A stretch of 64,000 bases of DNA. Source: an uncultured Chloroflexia bacterium. GTDB lineage: Bacteria; Chloroflexota; Limnocylindria; Limnocylindrales; CSP1-4. The position numbers and the translations under genes were made by a program. This document shows positions 30,406 through 40,885 of this stretch, one piece after another. The first letter of the stretch is position 1. Each line of letters starts with the position of its first letter. Location of the stretch: positions 1-64,000 of the forward strand of contig CAVVYR010000019.1 of assembly GCA_963752475.1 (NCBI GenBank), in the 5' to 3' direction. The notes below the pieces were generated by a model that saw only the letters and a list, made by a program, of their open reading frames with translations, searched no databases and was not told where the DNA came from.

Positions 30406-31449
30406 ATGAGCATCGATCCCTTCGAGCGTGTCCCGCTGGGCCGGGCGCCGGTCGACGTCTGGCAGCTGGGCGTCGGGATGGCCGCGCTCTCGGGCCTCTT
30501 CCGCGAGGTCAGCGACGAAGAGGCGGCTGTGGTGCTGGACCACGCTTGGTCCGAGGGGGTCCGCTACTACGACACCGCGCCGCTCTACGGCTATGGCGTG
30601 GGCGAGGAGCGGCTGGGTCGGATGCTGGCCGGCCACGACCACGCCGACTACACCGTCTCGTCGAAGGTGGGTCGCCTCATCTACCCCATCGAGGCCATCG
30701 ATGCCGACCCCACGCTCGAGCCGGATCGGCCCGCCGTCGAGATCCCCGGCTTCGACCCACGCGAGGGCTACTTCAAGGGCGCGCCGCCCCAGCGGCCGGT
30801 GTTCGACTACAGCTATGACGGCGTGATGCGGTCGGTCGAGGACTCGCTCGCTCGCATGGGCCTCGAGCGCATCGACATCTTCTGGATCCATGACCCCGAC
30901 ATGCACTGGCAGCAGGCCATCGGCGGCGCCTACCCAGCGTTGGACGAGCTCCGTTCGCAAGGTGTCGTGCGTGCCATCGGCGTGGGTATGAACCAGGCGG
31001 AGATGCTGGCGCGCTTCGTGCGCGAGGGTGACTTCGATGCGGTCATGTGTGCCGGCCGCTATACGTTGCTGGACCAGGGTGCGCTGCGTGAGCTGTTCCC
31101 CGCCTGTCGGGAGCGCGGCACGGTCGTGGTCGCAGCCGGCGTGATGAACAGCGGCCTGCTGGCCAACCCGCACCCCGACTCGAAGTTCGACTACGCTCCC
31201 GCGCCTCCGGACCTGCTCCGCCGGGCGTTGGCCATGAAGGATCTCTGCGAACGACACGGTGTCTCCCTGCGGGCGGCGGCGATGCAGTTCGTCTTCGGCC
31301 ACCCGCTGGTGGTCTCGGTCGTCGCCGGTGTCCGCTCGATCCCGCACGTGGACGACGCCATCGCCAACATGCGCTGGGACATCCCCGCCCAGCTGTGGGA
31401 CGAGTTCCGTGCCGAGGGCCTGCTGCCGGAGGAGGTCCCCACGCCTTAG
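30406..31449 (+). CDS. aldo/keto reductase, L-fucose dehydrogenase (D-threo-aldose 1-dehydrogenase)-like
   Basis: DTAPLYG, FDYSYDGV, IHDPD, AGRYTLLDQ. Confidence 0.87.
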   Translation: MSIDPFERVPLGRAPVDVWQLGVGMAALSGLFREVSDEEAAVVLDHAWSEGVRYYDTAPLYGYGVGEERLGRMLAGHDHADYTVSSKVGRLIYPIEAIDADPTLEPDRPAVEIPGFDPREGYFKGAPPQRPVFDYSYDGVMRSVEDSLARMGLERIDIFWIHDPDMHWQQAIGGAYPALDELRSQGVVRAIGVGMNQAEMLARFVREGDFDAVMCAGRYTLLDQGALRELFPACRERGTVVVAAGVMNSGLLANPHPDSKFDYAPAPPDLLRRALAMKDLCERHGVSLRAAAMQFVFGHPLVVSVVAGVRSIPHVDDAIANMRWDIPAQLWDEFRAEGLLPEEVPTP

Positions 31450-32517
31450 AGCCGGCCGAAGACGAGGCAGGCAGGTGTGCCGACGTCCGCCACCGACACG
31501 GCTGGTCCCGGCAGCCCCGTCTGCCCGTCGATGGGCAGCGCCACGATGGTGTCGCTGTCCTGGTTGCCGACGAGCAGGGAGCGCCCGTCGGGCGAGACGA
31601 CGAAGTTGCGAGGCGTCGCCCCCTCGGTGGAGCGGTGCCCGAGCGGCTCCAGCCGGCCGTCGCTGGTGATCCCGAAGACCGTGATCGAGTCGTGGCCCCG
31701 GTTCGAGACATAGAGGAACCGGCCCGACGGGTGGGCTGCGATGTCCGCCGCCTGGCTCACGCCGTCGAAGTCGTCCGGCAGGAGTGGGTAGGTCGCCATC
31801 GACGACAGTCGGCCTTCGTCACCGTCGTAGGCCAGGGCCGTGACCGTGGAGTCGAGCTCTCCTACGACGTAGGCGTGAGCGTCCACTCGACGCGAAGACG
31901 AGATGTCGTGGCCCCGAGCCCGCCGGCAGCTCCAGCTCCGAGTGTGGAACCAGGCCGGCCCCGCCGACGTCGAGTCGGTAGCCGAAGAGGCGATCGGCGC
32001 CAAGGTCCGCGGCGAAGACGAACCGTCCTCCGGGCGCGACCACGATGCAGTGCGTATGCGGCCCATCCTGTCGCTCGGCGTTCGGCCCCGATCCCGCGTG
32101 TCGATGGGCGCTCGCGACCCGACCCAGGGAACCGTCTGCCCCGACCGGCATCAGCGCCACTCGGCCACGACCGTAGTCGGCCAGCAACAACACCCGGCCC
32201 GCCGGGTCTGTCGTCAGGTAGCTGGCCCAGGCGCCACCCATGCCCTGGACGCCGAGCAGCTCCAGCGACCCATCGGCCGCCGAGACGGCGTAGGCGCCGA
32301 TGATGCCCTCTGGCCGCTCCGGGACCTCGGACGCGGCGTAGAGGAAGCGTCCATCGGGCGAGAGGCACAGGAATGCGGGGCTGTCGATGCCCCGCACGAC
32401 CTGCTCGAGCTTCAGCCGACCCGCGATCGGCTCGTAGTCGAAGACGTAGAGGCCCTCACCATTCGTCGATCCCAGGTAGGGCGCCGGCTGGGTGAAGGTC
32501 CCGACGTAGAGCTTCGT
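31446..32517 (-). CDS. beta-propeller lactonase (Pgl/YbhE family); apparent frameshift at ~31878 and ACG at the expected start
   Basis: LYVGTFT, ERQDGPHTH, ADLGAD, GSGPRH, then VGELDS, YVSNRGHDSI and TPRNF in a shifted frame. Confidence 0.82.
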
Positions 32518-32519
32518 GG

Positions 32520-33707
32520 CTACTCCTCGGGCAGGTCCAGCGGGTAGTTCCCGTACTCGCGCACGGTCTTGACGATCAGGTCGTAGGTGTGGCCGGAGAC
32601 GTCACTCGAGACGGAGTGGTCGGACATGAAGATGTAGCCGCCGCCATAGGCTGCGCGCAGGCGGTGCAGGACCTCGCGGCGGACCTCGTCCGGGTCACCC
32701 CGCTCCCACACGCGCATGTCGCTGTTGCCGCAGAACGTGAGGCGGTGGCCCAGGCGCTCGCGCAGCTCGACCACGTCGAGGCCGGCCTTGGCTTCGAGCG
32801 GGTTGTAGCCATCGAGGCCGATCTCGATCATGTCCTCAAGGTAGCTGTTGGCGTTGCCGCAGCCATGGAACATGACCGGTAGATCGTGTGAGTGGCAGAG
32901 CTCGATGATGCGCGCGATCGTCGGCTTGTAGTACTTGCGCCAGTAGGTGGGGCCCATGAAGAGGCCCTTCTTGTAGGCCGCGTCGCCCCAGATGACGAAG
33001 CCGTCGAGCAGGCCGTCCGCCGCTTCGATCTGCGCCTTGGCCACCTCGTAGCCGAACTCGCCGATGCGCAGCAGTTGCTCACCGAAGCGCTCGGGATACT
33101 CGCCGATCCAGGTCAGCGTGTTGAGCTGGCCCAGCAGGCGAGTGGTGATCTCCGAGGACTCGGTCACGCTGCCGTAGACGGGGAAGTCCGGGTGCAGGCT
33201 CCTGACCGTCTCGACCCACGGCGGGCTGTTGCGTTCGAAGCCATCCCCGACCCCGGCGATCTGATTGTCGCCGGCCTCGAAGTAGCGCCGTCGGTCCCAG
33301 GGGTCGTCGAACTCGAAGGCCTCCATCTTCTCGATGGTGTCGGTCTCCCAGCTGATCTGCTCCGGCATGGGCAGGTCGAAGCGCTTGCGGATCTGCGTCT
33401 CGAAGCCGGTCTTGAGCACGACCTCCTCGTCGTCCTCCTTGATGGTCTCGAAGTCGCGGATGTGCGGGTCCATGTTGGGGACCGTGACGATGAAGTCGAG
33501 GTCGTAGTAGCGATGGGGATCGGCATCGTCAGGCAGGCCCAGCTCCTGGCGCCAGCGCCTGGTGAAGGAGCCCCAGAAGAAGTCGCTGATGGGGACCCGG
33601 TCGGCCTCCTCATGCGCGAAGGTCTTGCGTAGGCGCTCGAGCTTGGCCAGCGTCTCGGGCTGGCGTTCGATGCCCTCGGACGCCTTGATGGTTCCGAAGA
33701 AGCTCAT
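32520..33707 (-). CDS. UroD/MtaA-CmuA family protein (putative corrinoid-dependent methyltransferase)
   Basis: EADRVP, IWGD, FHGCG, NPLE, GGGYIFMSDHSV; directly follows a corrinoid protein gene. Confidence 0.85.
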   Translation of the reverse strand: MSFFGTIKASEGIERQPETLAKLERLRKTFAHEEADRVPISDFFWGSFTRRWRQELGLPDDADPHRYYDLDFIVTVPNMDPHIRDFETIKEDDEEVVLKTGFETQIRKRFDLPMPEQISWETDTIEKMEAFEFDDPWDRRRYFEAGDNQIAGVGDGFERNSPPWVETVRSLHPDFPVYGSVTESSEITTRLLGQLNTLTWIGEYPERFGEQLLRIGEFGYEVAKAQIEAADGLLDGFVIWGDAAYKKGLFMGPTYWRKYYKPTIARIIELCHSHDLPVMFHGCGNANSYLEDMIEIGLDGYNPLEAKAGLDVVELRERLGHRLTFCGNSDMRVWERGDPDEVRREVLHRLRAAYGGGYIFMSDHSVSSDVSGHTYDLIVKTVREYGNYPLDLPEE

Positions 33708-33724
33708 GTGTTCGGTCCCCCTTC

Positions 33725-34357
33725 CTATGCTGCGCCGACCAGCGTCTTGGCCACGTCAGCCGCGGCGCCCGCATCCTCGGCGAACCCGTCCGCGCCCACC
33801 TCCGCGGCAAACTCGGCGCTCACCGGGGCACCGCCGATGAGCACCTTGGTGTCGACGCCGCTGGCTTTGACCGCTTCCACCGCCTTGCGCATGTGCGGCA
33901 CGGTCGTGGTCAGCAGCGCGCTCATGCCCACGATATCCGGCTGGTACTCCACTGCTGCCTCGGCGAAGCTCGAAGGGGAAACGTTGACGCCGAGGTCGAT
34001 GACCTCGAAGTTGGCCCCGCGCCACATCATGCCCACGAGGTTCTTGCCGATGTCGTGCAAGTCGCCCTCGACGGTGCCGATGACCGCGGTGTGCGGGGCC
34101 TTCACGCCGGACTCGGCGATGAGCGGCTCCAGCAGGGTCATCGAGGCCTTCATGGCGTTGGCTGCGATGAGCATCTCGGGCACGAAGATCTCGTCGCACT
34201 GGAACTGCTCGCCGATGACGGACATGCCCGGCACCAGCCGCTCTTCGACGATGAAGCTCGCGGCTTCTCCCTCGTCGAGGCACCCCTGCGTCAGCTCGAC
34301 CGCCGCCGCCTTGTCCCCGTCGATGACGGCCTGGGTCAATGGATGCATCTCAGCCAT
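33725..34357 (-). CDS. corrinoid (B12-binding) methyl-carrier protein
   Basis: EIFVPEML, GDLHDIGKNLV, SALLTTT, IGGAP. Confidence 0.93.
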   Translation of the reverse strand: MAEMHPLTQAVIDGDKAAAVELTQGCLDEGEAASFIVEERLVPGMSVIGEQFQCDEIFVPEMLIAANAMKASMTLLEPLIAESGVKAPHTAVIGTVEGDLHDIGKNLVGMMWRGANFEVIDLGVNVSPSSFAEAAVEYQPDIVGMSALLTTTVPHMRKAVEAVKASGVDTKVLIGGAPVSAEFAAEVGADGFAEDAGAAADVAKTLVGAA

Positions 34358-34402
34358 GGTTCGGTTCCTCCCTCTCGCGCGCGTCTCCGCGTGGCCTTGG
34401 TC

Positions 34403-35494
34403 TCATTGGTCGTCGCCGCCGATGTTCACGACGCATCCGGCCTCACCGGACTCGTAGAGCGCGTGCACCAGCTTCAGCGTGCGTAGGTTGTCGCGAGCAC
34501 CCGACTCGGGCTCCCCGCCATCGGCGATCGCCTCCAGCAAGGAGCGCACCGGGCCCAGGAATGAGTCCGGCACCCAGCGACGGGTGACCGGATAGGGCAG
34601 CCAGCCGTCGGTCGGCAGGCTGCGGCTCCAGAGTTCGAGCGTGTCCGGCCGTCCATGCGGGTAGTCCAGCAGGAGACCCAGCGTGCCGCGGATGGAGCCC
34701 TCGGAGCCGTCGATGCGGAAGCGCGCCTCGTTGTCGCCAGCCACGTTCATGTGGTTCGTGTGCACGATCGCCCGCTGGTCGCGGGTGTAGTCGAGGATGC
34801 TCAGCGTGCGCGTCTCTCCCACCGCCTCCTGGCCCGGCAGCCGCCATTGGCGCCCGAAGACCGACACGGGATCGCCCAGGAGCGCCCGGCAGGTGTCCAG
34901 GTAGTGGATCGAGTGGTTGAGCAGGTCCAGGCGCGGCGCCTCCGTCAGCCAGCCCCAGCCGGAGAAGTCGGTCTCGAGGTTGACCTCGAAGGTGACGGTC
35001 GAGACGTCGCCGATCCAGCCGCGCTCGACCATCGCGCGAGCGGCGAGCATGCCCTCCTCATAGCGCATCTGTTGCTGGACCGCGACCTTGCGCCCCAGTT
35101 GCTCGGCTCGTTCGATGATGCGCTCGGCCTCGTCGATATCCCAGGCCAATGGCTTCTGGCACATGAGGTCCTTGCCGGCTTCGAGCGCGCGCAGGGCGAT
35201 CTCCGTCTGCGCCTGGGGCACGACCGCGATGTCGATGATGGCCACGTCCGGATCGGCCAACAGGTCGTCGAGCGTCTCGTGGACCCTGGGGATGCCGTGC
35301 CGTTCGGCGAAGGCCTCGGCCTTGTCGCGGGACCGTCCCCAGATGGCCGGCACCGGGATGCCGGCAGCCTTGTAGGCGGGCAGGTGCGCGGCTTCGAGGA
35401 TGGCTCCGCTGCCGACGATGCCGATCGGCAGGACCTGGTCCGGCTTCGGCATGAGGTCGCAGGCTTCGGCGATCTCGGCGAGGGGACCGATCAT
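34403..35494 (-). CDS. Gfo/Idh/MocA family sugar dehydrogenase
   Basis: GIVGSGAI, CQKPLA, NHSIHYLD. Confidence 0.9.
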   Translation of the reverse strand: MIGPLAEIAEACDLMPKPDQVLPIGIVGSGAILEAAHLPAYKAAGIPVPAIWGRSRDKAEAFAERHGIPRVHETLDDLLADPDVAIIDIAVVPQAQTEIALRALEAGKDLMCQKPLAWDIDEAERIIERAEQLGRKVAVQQQMRYEEGMLAARAMVERGWIGDVSTVTFEVNLETDFSGWGWLTEAPRLDLLNHSIHYLDTCRALLGDPVSVFGRQWRLPGQEAVGETRTLSILDYTRDQRAIVHTNHMNVAGDNEARFRIDGSEGSIRGTLGLLLDYPHGRPDTLELWSRSLPTDGWLPYPVTRRWVPDSFLGPVRSLLEAIADGGEPESGARDNLRTLKLVHALYESGEAGCVVNIGGDDQ

Positions 35495-35502
35495 GGCGTG
35501 GA

Positions 35503-36348
35503 TTACTCCTCGATGCGATAGAAGGCGGCGGCGGTGCCACCGAGGATGGCGTCGCGCTCGGCATCCCCCACACCGAGCTCGTCGAGGGCGAGGTTGGTCT
35601 CATCCCAGACCTTCGCATAATCGCCCGCGAGGATGGCCACCGGCCAGTCGCTGCCGAACAGCAGGCGCTCGGCGCCGAAGACCTCGAGGCTGTGGCCGAT
35701 CGACTCGACGAGGTCTGCGCCGGTCCAGGTCTCCGGGTCGGCCGCGGTGTTGAGGCCGCTGATCTTGGCGTAGACGTTGGGGTGCTCGGCCGCAGCGGTC
35801 ATCTCCGTCTTCCAGACGTCGTACTCGCCCGAGGCGATGGGCGGCTTGGCCAGGTGATCGATGACCATCTTCAGGTCCGGGCACGCATCGGCCAGCGCGG
35901 GCACGTGCTTCAGGTGCAGCGGATGGACGGCGATGACGTCGAAGGTCAGCGCGCGTTCCTCGAGGATCTTGAGCCCATCGATGACCTCCGGCCGCACCAG
36001 CCAGTCGGGATCGGCCTCCTCGTGGTTGAGGTGGCGCACGCCCTTGAACCAGGGGTTCGCCTCCAGCTCGTCGAGCTTCCGCTCAGCCAGCCTATGCGCA
36101 TACAGCGGGACCCAACCCACGACCGCACCGATCCATTCGTGTTCAGCGGCCTGCGCGAGCATGGCCTCGGTGTCCTCGAAGTTGTCCGCCGACTGCACCA
36201 GCACCGTGCGGTCGACGCCCGTGGCGGCCAGCTGTGGCTCCAGCTCGGCCGGCTCGAACGTGCGGTAGATGGGCCCGTACGCGGGCAGGAGCCACGCGTA
36301 GTAGACCTGCTCCGGGTTCCAGAAGTGCTGGTGGCTGTCGACGATCAC
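35503..36348 (-). CDS. amidohydrolase family sugar lactonase (L-fuconolactonase-like)
   Basis: DSHQHFW, DHLAKP, FGSDWPV. Confidence 0.88.
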   Translation of the reverse strand: MIVDSHQHFWNPEQVYYAWLLPAYGPIYRTFEPAELEPQLAATGVDRTVLVQSADNFEDTEAMLAQAAEHEWIGAVVGWVPLYAHRLAERKLDELEANPWFKGVRHLNHEEADPDWLVRPEVIDGLKILEERALTFDVIAVHPLHLKHVPALADACPDLKMVIDHLAKPPIASGEYDVWKTEMTAAAEHPNVYAKISGLNTAADPETWTGADLVESIGHSLEVFGAERLLFGSDWPVAILAGDYAKVWDETNLALDELGVGDAERDAILGGTAAAFYRIEE

Positions 36349-36376
36349 GCTGGGCTGCTCTCCTCCCCGTGCGGCC

Positions 36377-37678
36377 TCACGTGGCGTAGTCCTGCACGAC
36401 CTCGGCCGCGATGTCGGCCCACTGCCACAGGCGCTGGGGCTCGTATCGGACGGTCGAGATGTCCTTCATGATCAGCTCGCGGTGGCAGCCCCTCGAGGCA
36501 TCGAGGAACTCGACCAGCTGGTCGCGCGCCATCTGTGGGTCGAACTGGTCGCGAGCGAAGACGTTGGGGTTGGGCTTTCGCGAGAGGACGTAGTCGGTGC
36601 CGACCTGCTCGACCATGGACTCGACGTTGGCCCACGGGGTCGTCGAGATCTTGCGCAGGTTGGGGATGCGCTTGATGACGTCGATGGACTGGTCCAGTGG
36701 CTCGCAGCAGCCGTAGTAGGTGAGCCCGAAGCGCTTCAGCCACTTGAGGTCGTGTTCGACCGCGAACTCCCAGCGCATCTGGGGTGAGACCTCGCTGAAG
36801 ATCTGGGCGTTGCTGCAGCCCCACATGTCGTGCGTCTTGACCCAGGCCGGATCGTAGTCGTCACCGGGCAGCTCGCTGGTGTGGCCATAGCCGCCGGAGC
36901 CGATGCGCGTGTTGTTGTTATCGAGTGAGAGCAGGTTCATGGACTCGAACTGGTCCATCTCCACCATCCAGGCTTGCACCGTGCGCTCGACGCCGGCGTG
37001 TACGAGGTCGGGGCGCATGACCAGGTCCATCATCGCTTCCTGCACGCCCCACCAGCGCACGAGGAAGTCCCAGGGCGTGTACCAGACGTGGGTCTGACCC
37101 TGCTTCTTCACGGGCATGATGCCGTCATAGACCTCGGACATGGCCGTGAAGCGGAACTCGGTCGCCTCCTCGTTGTGCGTGACCACCGGCATCTTGATCT
37201 TCTCGAGGTCGTCCCAGTCCTTGATCTGGATCTGGAACTCGCGCGAGACGATGTCGTTCTCGTCATCGGTCTTGGCGACCTTGACGTCTTCGATGATGCC
37301 GAAGTCCGTACTGTGGATGGCCAGTGGGCAGGCGAGGAAGTCGTTGATGATCATGTCGCCCTGGAGATGGCGCCACTGGTACAGCGTCCGGCGCAGGTCG
37401 CGCTCCTGGTCCTGGGCCCAGGGGTCCTCGGTCTGGAGGGTGAGCTCGCCATCGACGTCCATCTCGTGCCAGGGGATCTCGTTGATCCAGACCATCGGCC
37501 GCTCGGACTCGAGGTCGTTGAGCTTCTGCCACAGCCGGGCCCGTTCCGCGTTGACCGGGTCCGCGGCGGCTTCGGCCAGGTCCGAGGCCAGCGCGCGCAG
37601 GATGTCACGATCGTGCTCGGAGACCTCGATCTCGTGCGCGATGGGCGGCGGTTCGTAGTGGCTTGGGTCGTGCAGCAT
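36377..37678 (-). CDS. divergent UroD/methyltransferase-fold protein
   Basis: FSEVSP, YGCCEPLD, LRKIST; TIM-barrel methyltransferase-like C-terminus. Confidence 0.6.
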   Translation of the reverse strand: MLHDPSHYEPPPIAHEIEVSEHDRDILRALASDLAEAAADPVNAERARLWQKLNDLESERPMVWINEIPWHEMDVDGELTLQTEDPWAQDQERDLRRTLYQWRHLQGDMIINDFLACPLAIHSTDFGIIEDVKVAKTDDENDIVSREFQIQIKDWDDLEKIKMPVVTHNEEATEFRFTAMSEVYDGIMPVKKQGQTHVWYTPWDFLVRWWGVQEAMMDLVMRPDLVHAGVERTVQAWMVEMDQFESMNLLSLDNNNTRIGSGGYGHTSELPGDDYDPAWVKTHDMWGCSNAQIFSEVSPQMRWEFAVEHDLKWLKRFGLTYYGCCEPLDQSIDVIKRIPNLRKISTTPWANVESMVEQVGTDYVLSRKPNPNVFARDQFDPQMARDQLVEFLDASRGCHRELIMKDISTVRYEPQRLWQWADIAAEVVQDYAT

Positions 37679-37731
37679 GGTCGTCCCTCCTGCTCAGTGG
37701 TCGTCGGTGCGTGTTCGGCGTCGTTGAAGCG

Positions 37732-38826
37732 TCATGACTCGCCCTCCGGTAGCCGAGCGCGAACCTGGCGACGGGGCGGAGGAGCGGTCGATCCACGTTC
37801 CATCAACACCGGCCCCGGATCGGTGATGGTGGTGTCAGCGCCAGGCTGGCCGGAGAGGCGGTCATGGAGCATGCGCATGGCCTCTCGGCCCATCTGCAAC
37901 TGCGGCAGGCGCACGGTCGTGAGCTTGGGCTGCGTGTAGTCGCTGATCCACCAGTCGTGGATGGCCACCATCGAGAGCTGCTCTGGTACCCGCAGGCCGA
38001 TCTCCCGAGCGCCTTCGAGTGCGCCGAGGGCCGCGTGGATGTTGACCGCAACAACGGCGGTGGGGCGGCGCTTGCGCGCCGTGCAGAGCTGACGCATGGC
38101 AAGCCGGCCCACTTCGGGCTTGTAGGGACCTCTCACGACCCACGCTGAACGGCGGCGCATACCGGCTCCGTGGATGGCCTCGAGGTAGCCCTTCTCGCGT
38201 TCACGTGCGGCGTAGTTGTGCTTGTCGCCACCGATCAGCGCGATGTCGCGATGGCCGAGGTCGAGCAGATGTCGTGTGGCCATGCGCCCGGCAGCGAGGT
38301 CGTCGTGGACCACCGATCCGCGCCGCGACCAGCGCGAGTTCATGAGCACGATGGGGCGTCCGCCCGATCCGGCGAGATGGGCGAATTCGCGCTGGTCGGT
38401 CTCGTCAAGACGCTGGATGAGGAAGCCGTCGACGCGGCCTTCCCCGGCCAGCTTGCGCAGGAAGTCGGCGCCAGGCTCGAGGTGCTCCGCTCGGCTCATG
38501 AGCACGTGATAGCCCAGCTCGTAGGCGGTCTCGTCGATGCCCCGGATGAGCTCGCTGAAGATGGGGTTGTTGAGGTCGGGCACCAACACGCCGATAGCGA
38601 AGGCCCGGTTCAGACGCAGGGAACGAGCGGCATGGCTGGGCGTGTAGCTGAGCTCCTTCACCGCTTGGTGGATGCGCTCTCGCGTCTCGGGGCGTGCGCG
38701 CAAGGCAGGGTCGCCATTGAGCTCGCGTGAGACGACGGAGATGGACACGCCGGCCCGCTTGGCCACGTCAGCCTGTGTCACGCGAGTGGTGTCGCTCGTC
38801 TTGTCCGGTGCGCGTCCACTACCCAT
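37732..38826 (-). CDS. LacI family transcriptional regulator
   Basis: TQADVAKRAGVSISVVS, YTPSHAARSL, LRVPEQLS, LTTV. Confidence 0.95.
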   Translation of the reverse strand: MGSGRAPDKTSDTTRVTQADVAKRAGVSISVVSRELNGDPALRARPETRERIHQAVKELSYTPSHAARSLRLNRAFAIGVLVPDLNNPIFSELIRGIDETAYELGYHVLMSRAEHLEPGADFLRKLAGEGRVDGFLIQRLDETDQREFAHLAGSGGRPIVLMNSRWSRRGSVVHDDLAAGRMATRHLLDLGHRDIALIGGDKHNYAAREREKGYLEAIHGAGMRRRSAWVVRGPYKPEVGRLAMRQLCTARKRRPTAVVAVNIHAALGALEGAREIGLRVPEQLSMVAIHDWWISDYTQPKLTTVRLPQLQMGREAMRMLHDRLSGQPGADTTITDPGPVLMERGSTAPPPRRQVRARLPEGES

Positions 38827-38865
38827 CGCCGGCGCCTCGTCAGCCCGCTTCCTGCGCCAAGCGTC

Positions 38866-39805
38866 CTAGCCCTTGACCGCGCCGACGACGGCACCGCGCA
38901 TGAGGTAGCGCTGGGCGGCGATGAAGAGGATGAACAGCGGGATGATGGTGAGCGTGGTAGCCAGGGCCAGCTGTGGCAGCCACATCTTCACGGCCAGGCC
39001 GGTGGAGGTCGAGGGGTCGAAGATGGGGCTCGCGCCGATGAGCTGCTGCAGGCCGACCGACAGCGGGCGCTGGTCCGACAGCGGCAGCATCACCAGCGGC
39101 AGGAAGTAGTTGGTCCAGTTGGCCACGAAGCTGAAGAACACCACCAGCGCCACGGCCTGCTTGGCCAGCGGCGCGGCGATCCTGACGAAGATCGAGACGT
39201 CCGACGAGGCCGTCGATGCGCGCGGCCTCGATGAGCTCGCGAGGCAGGGTCGTCAGGAAGTGGATGTAGGAGAGGTACACGCCGAAGGGATAGAAGGCCA
39301 TGATGACGATGACCGACCAGAGCTCGCCGATGCTGAACATGGGCAGCACCTTCCCGATGGCGCTGAACTCCAGGAAGATGGGGATGACCAGCACGGTGTT
39401 GGGCATGACCATCGTCAGCAGCGTCACGAAGCGCAGCACGGAGCGGCCGGGGAAGCGCAGCTTGGCGATGGCGTAGCCCGCGGGCACCGCGGACACGACC
39501 GCCAGCAGCGTGGCCGTCGTGGCGATGACGATGGAGTTGCCGAACCAGGTCGTGAAGATGCCGCTGTTGAAGGCGAGGACGGTCTCCCAGTTGCGGATGA
39601 CGTTGTCCAGCGACAGACCCGACAGCGAGTAGACGCTCTCCACGACCCGGCCGTTGTCCGCCTCCTGGCGGAACGACAGCAGCATGAAGGTCACGATAGG
39701 CACGGCGAAGACCAGCGCCATCAGCGCGAGCGTGCCCACGCGCACGAGCCGTCCGGAGGTCCAGGCCTGGCCGGCGTGACGCGCGGAGTCGTTGTCGGTG
39801 CTCAT
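38866..39805 (-). CDS. carbohydrate ABC permease (MalG type); apparent frameshift at ~39205
   Basis: ELIEAARIDG EAA motif; the shifted frame continues IFVRIAAPLAK...FVANWTNY...QRYLMRG. Confidence 0.88.
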
Positions 39806-39817
39806 CGGGGTCGCATC

Positions 39818-40738
39818 TCAGGCGTGCTCCGTGTCCGCGAACAGCCCGCTGCGCTCGATGACGATGAGGCCGATGGCGAGGGAGATGCCCAGCAGCAAGA
39901 CGGCCATGGCCGCCGCCGCGGGCGTGTCCAGGATCTGGAAGGCGTACGTGTAGCTGAGCTGGTTGGGGCTCCATTGCGGTGATATCTGGCCGGCCGTGAC
40001 TGCCGAGAGGACCTGCACTTCGATGAAGAGCTGGAAGCCATAGGCCACGTTGAGCAGCGCCATGTAGCCGATCCAGGGCCGGATGATGGGCAGCTGGATG
40101 CGCCAGGCGATGGCGACCTTGCCGGCACCATCCACGGTGGCCGCTTCCATGACTTCCTCGTTGATGCCGTTGAGGCCGCCATTGACGATGACCAGCCAGG
40201 TGCCCGCACCCTGCAGGAACAGGATCCCGGTGAGGATCACGGGCATGTGCTGCGGCTGCGCCACCTGGTTGATGTTGGTGTAGCCCAGGAAGTCCCAGAG
40301 CGGGTCGATCGGGCTCTGCCCGGGATTCATGATGAAGAGCCAGAGCACGATGTTGGCGATGCCCGCGAGTGCACCCGGCATGTAGTAGAGGAAGCGCATG
40401 CTCGAGCCGTAGCGGCCCGGGCTGTTGTAGACGAGCAGCGCCAGACTCACGACGCCGATCATCATCACCGGGATCCACACCGCCAGCGTGGTCAGGATGT
40501 GGATGAAGGTGTCGGCGAAGCGGAAGTCGCTGATGATGCGCTCGTAGGCCGAGAAGCCGAAGCCTCCGCCCCGCTCCTGCAGGCTGATGTAGATGCCGTA
40601 GAGCATCGGGATGATGCCTGCGATCAACAGCAGGAAGCTGAACGGCGCGATGAGGATGAAGGCGGCACGGACCTCGGCCCACAGAGGGGACCGCGGGCGC
40701 AGGCTTCGCCTTCGGTTGGTCGCGGTGGAGACGCTCAT
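39818..40738 (-). CDS. carbohydrate ABC permease (MalF type)
   Basis: EAATVDGA EAA motif, multiple transmembrane segments. Confidence 0.92.
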   Translation of the reverse strand: MSVSTATNRRRSLRPRSPLWAEVRAAFILIAPFSFLLLIAGIIPMLYGIYISLQERGGGFGFSAYERIISDFRFADTFIHILTTLAVWIPVMMIGVVSLALLVYNSPGRYGSSMRFLYYMPGALAGIANIVLWLFIMNPGQSPIDPLWDFLGYTNINQVAQPQHMPVILTGILFLQGAGTWLVIVNGGLNGINEEVMEAATVDGAGKVAIAWRIQLPIIRPWIGYMALLNVAYGFQLFIEVQVLSAVTAGQISPQWSPNQLSYTYAFQILDTPAAAAMAVLLLGISLAIGLIVIERSGLFADTEHA

Positions 40739-40885
40739 GCTCGCTCGTGATGCGCCGATGAACGGATGGTGAGGCCGCGCAGAACGGCGAACCCCATCCG
40801 GTGTCGGTGAGGATGGGCGTCAGGGACGCCCGGATCGACGCTGGGGTGTGGCGACGCCATGCCGGGGCACGGCGTCGCCGATCAC

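Noticed and set aside
40850-40879. hairpins after SBP genes (also ~20268-20307) as ncRNAs
   Set aside because: Typical mRNA-stabilising stem-loops between SBP and permease genes
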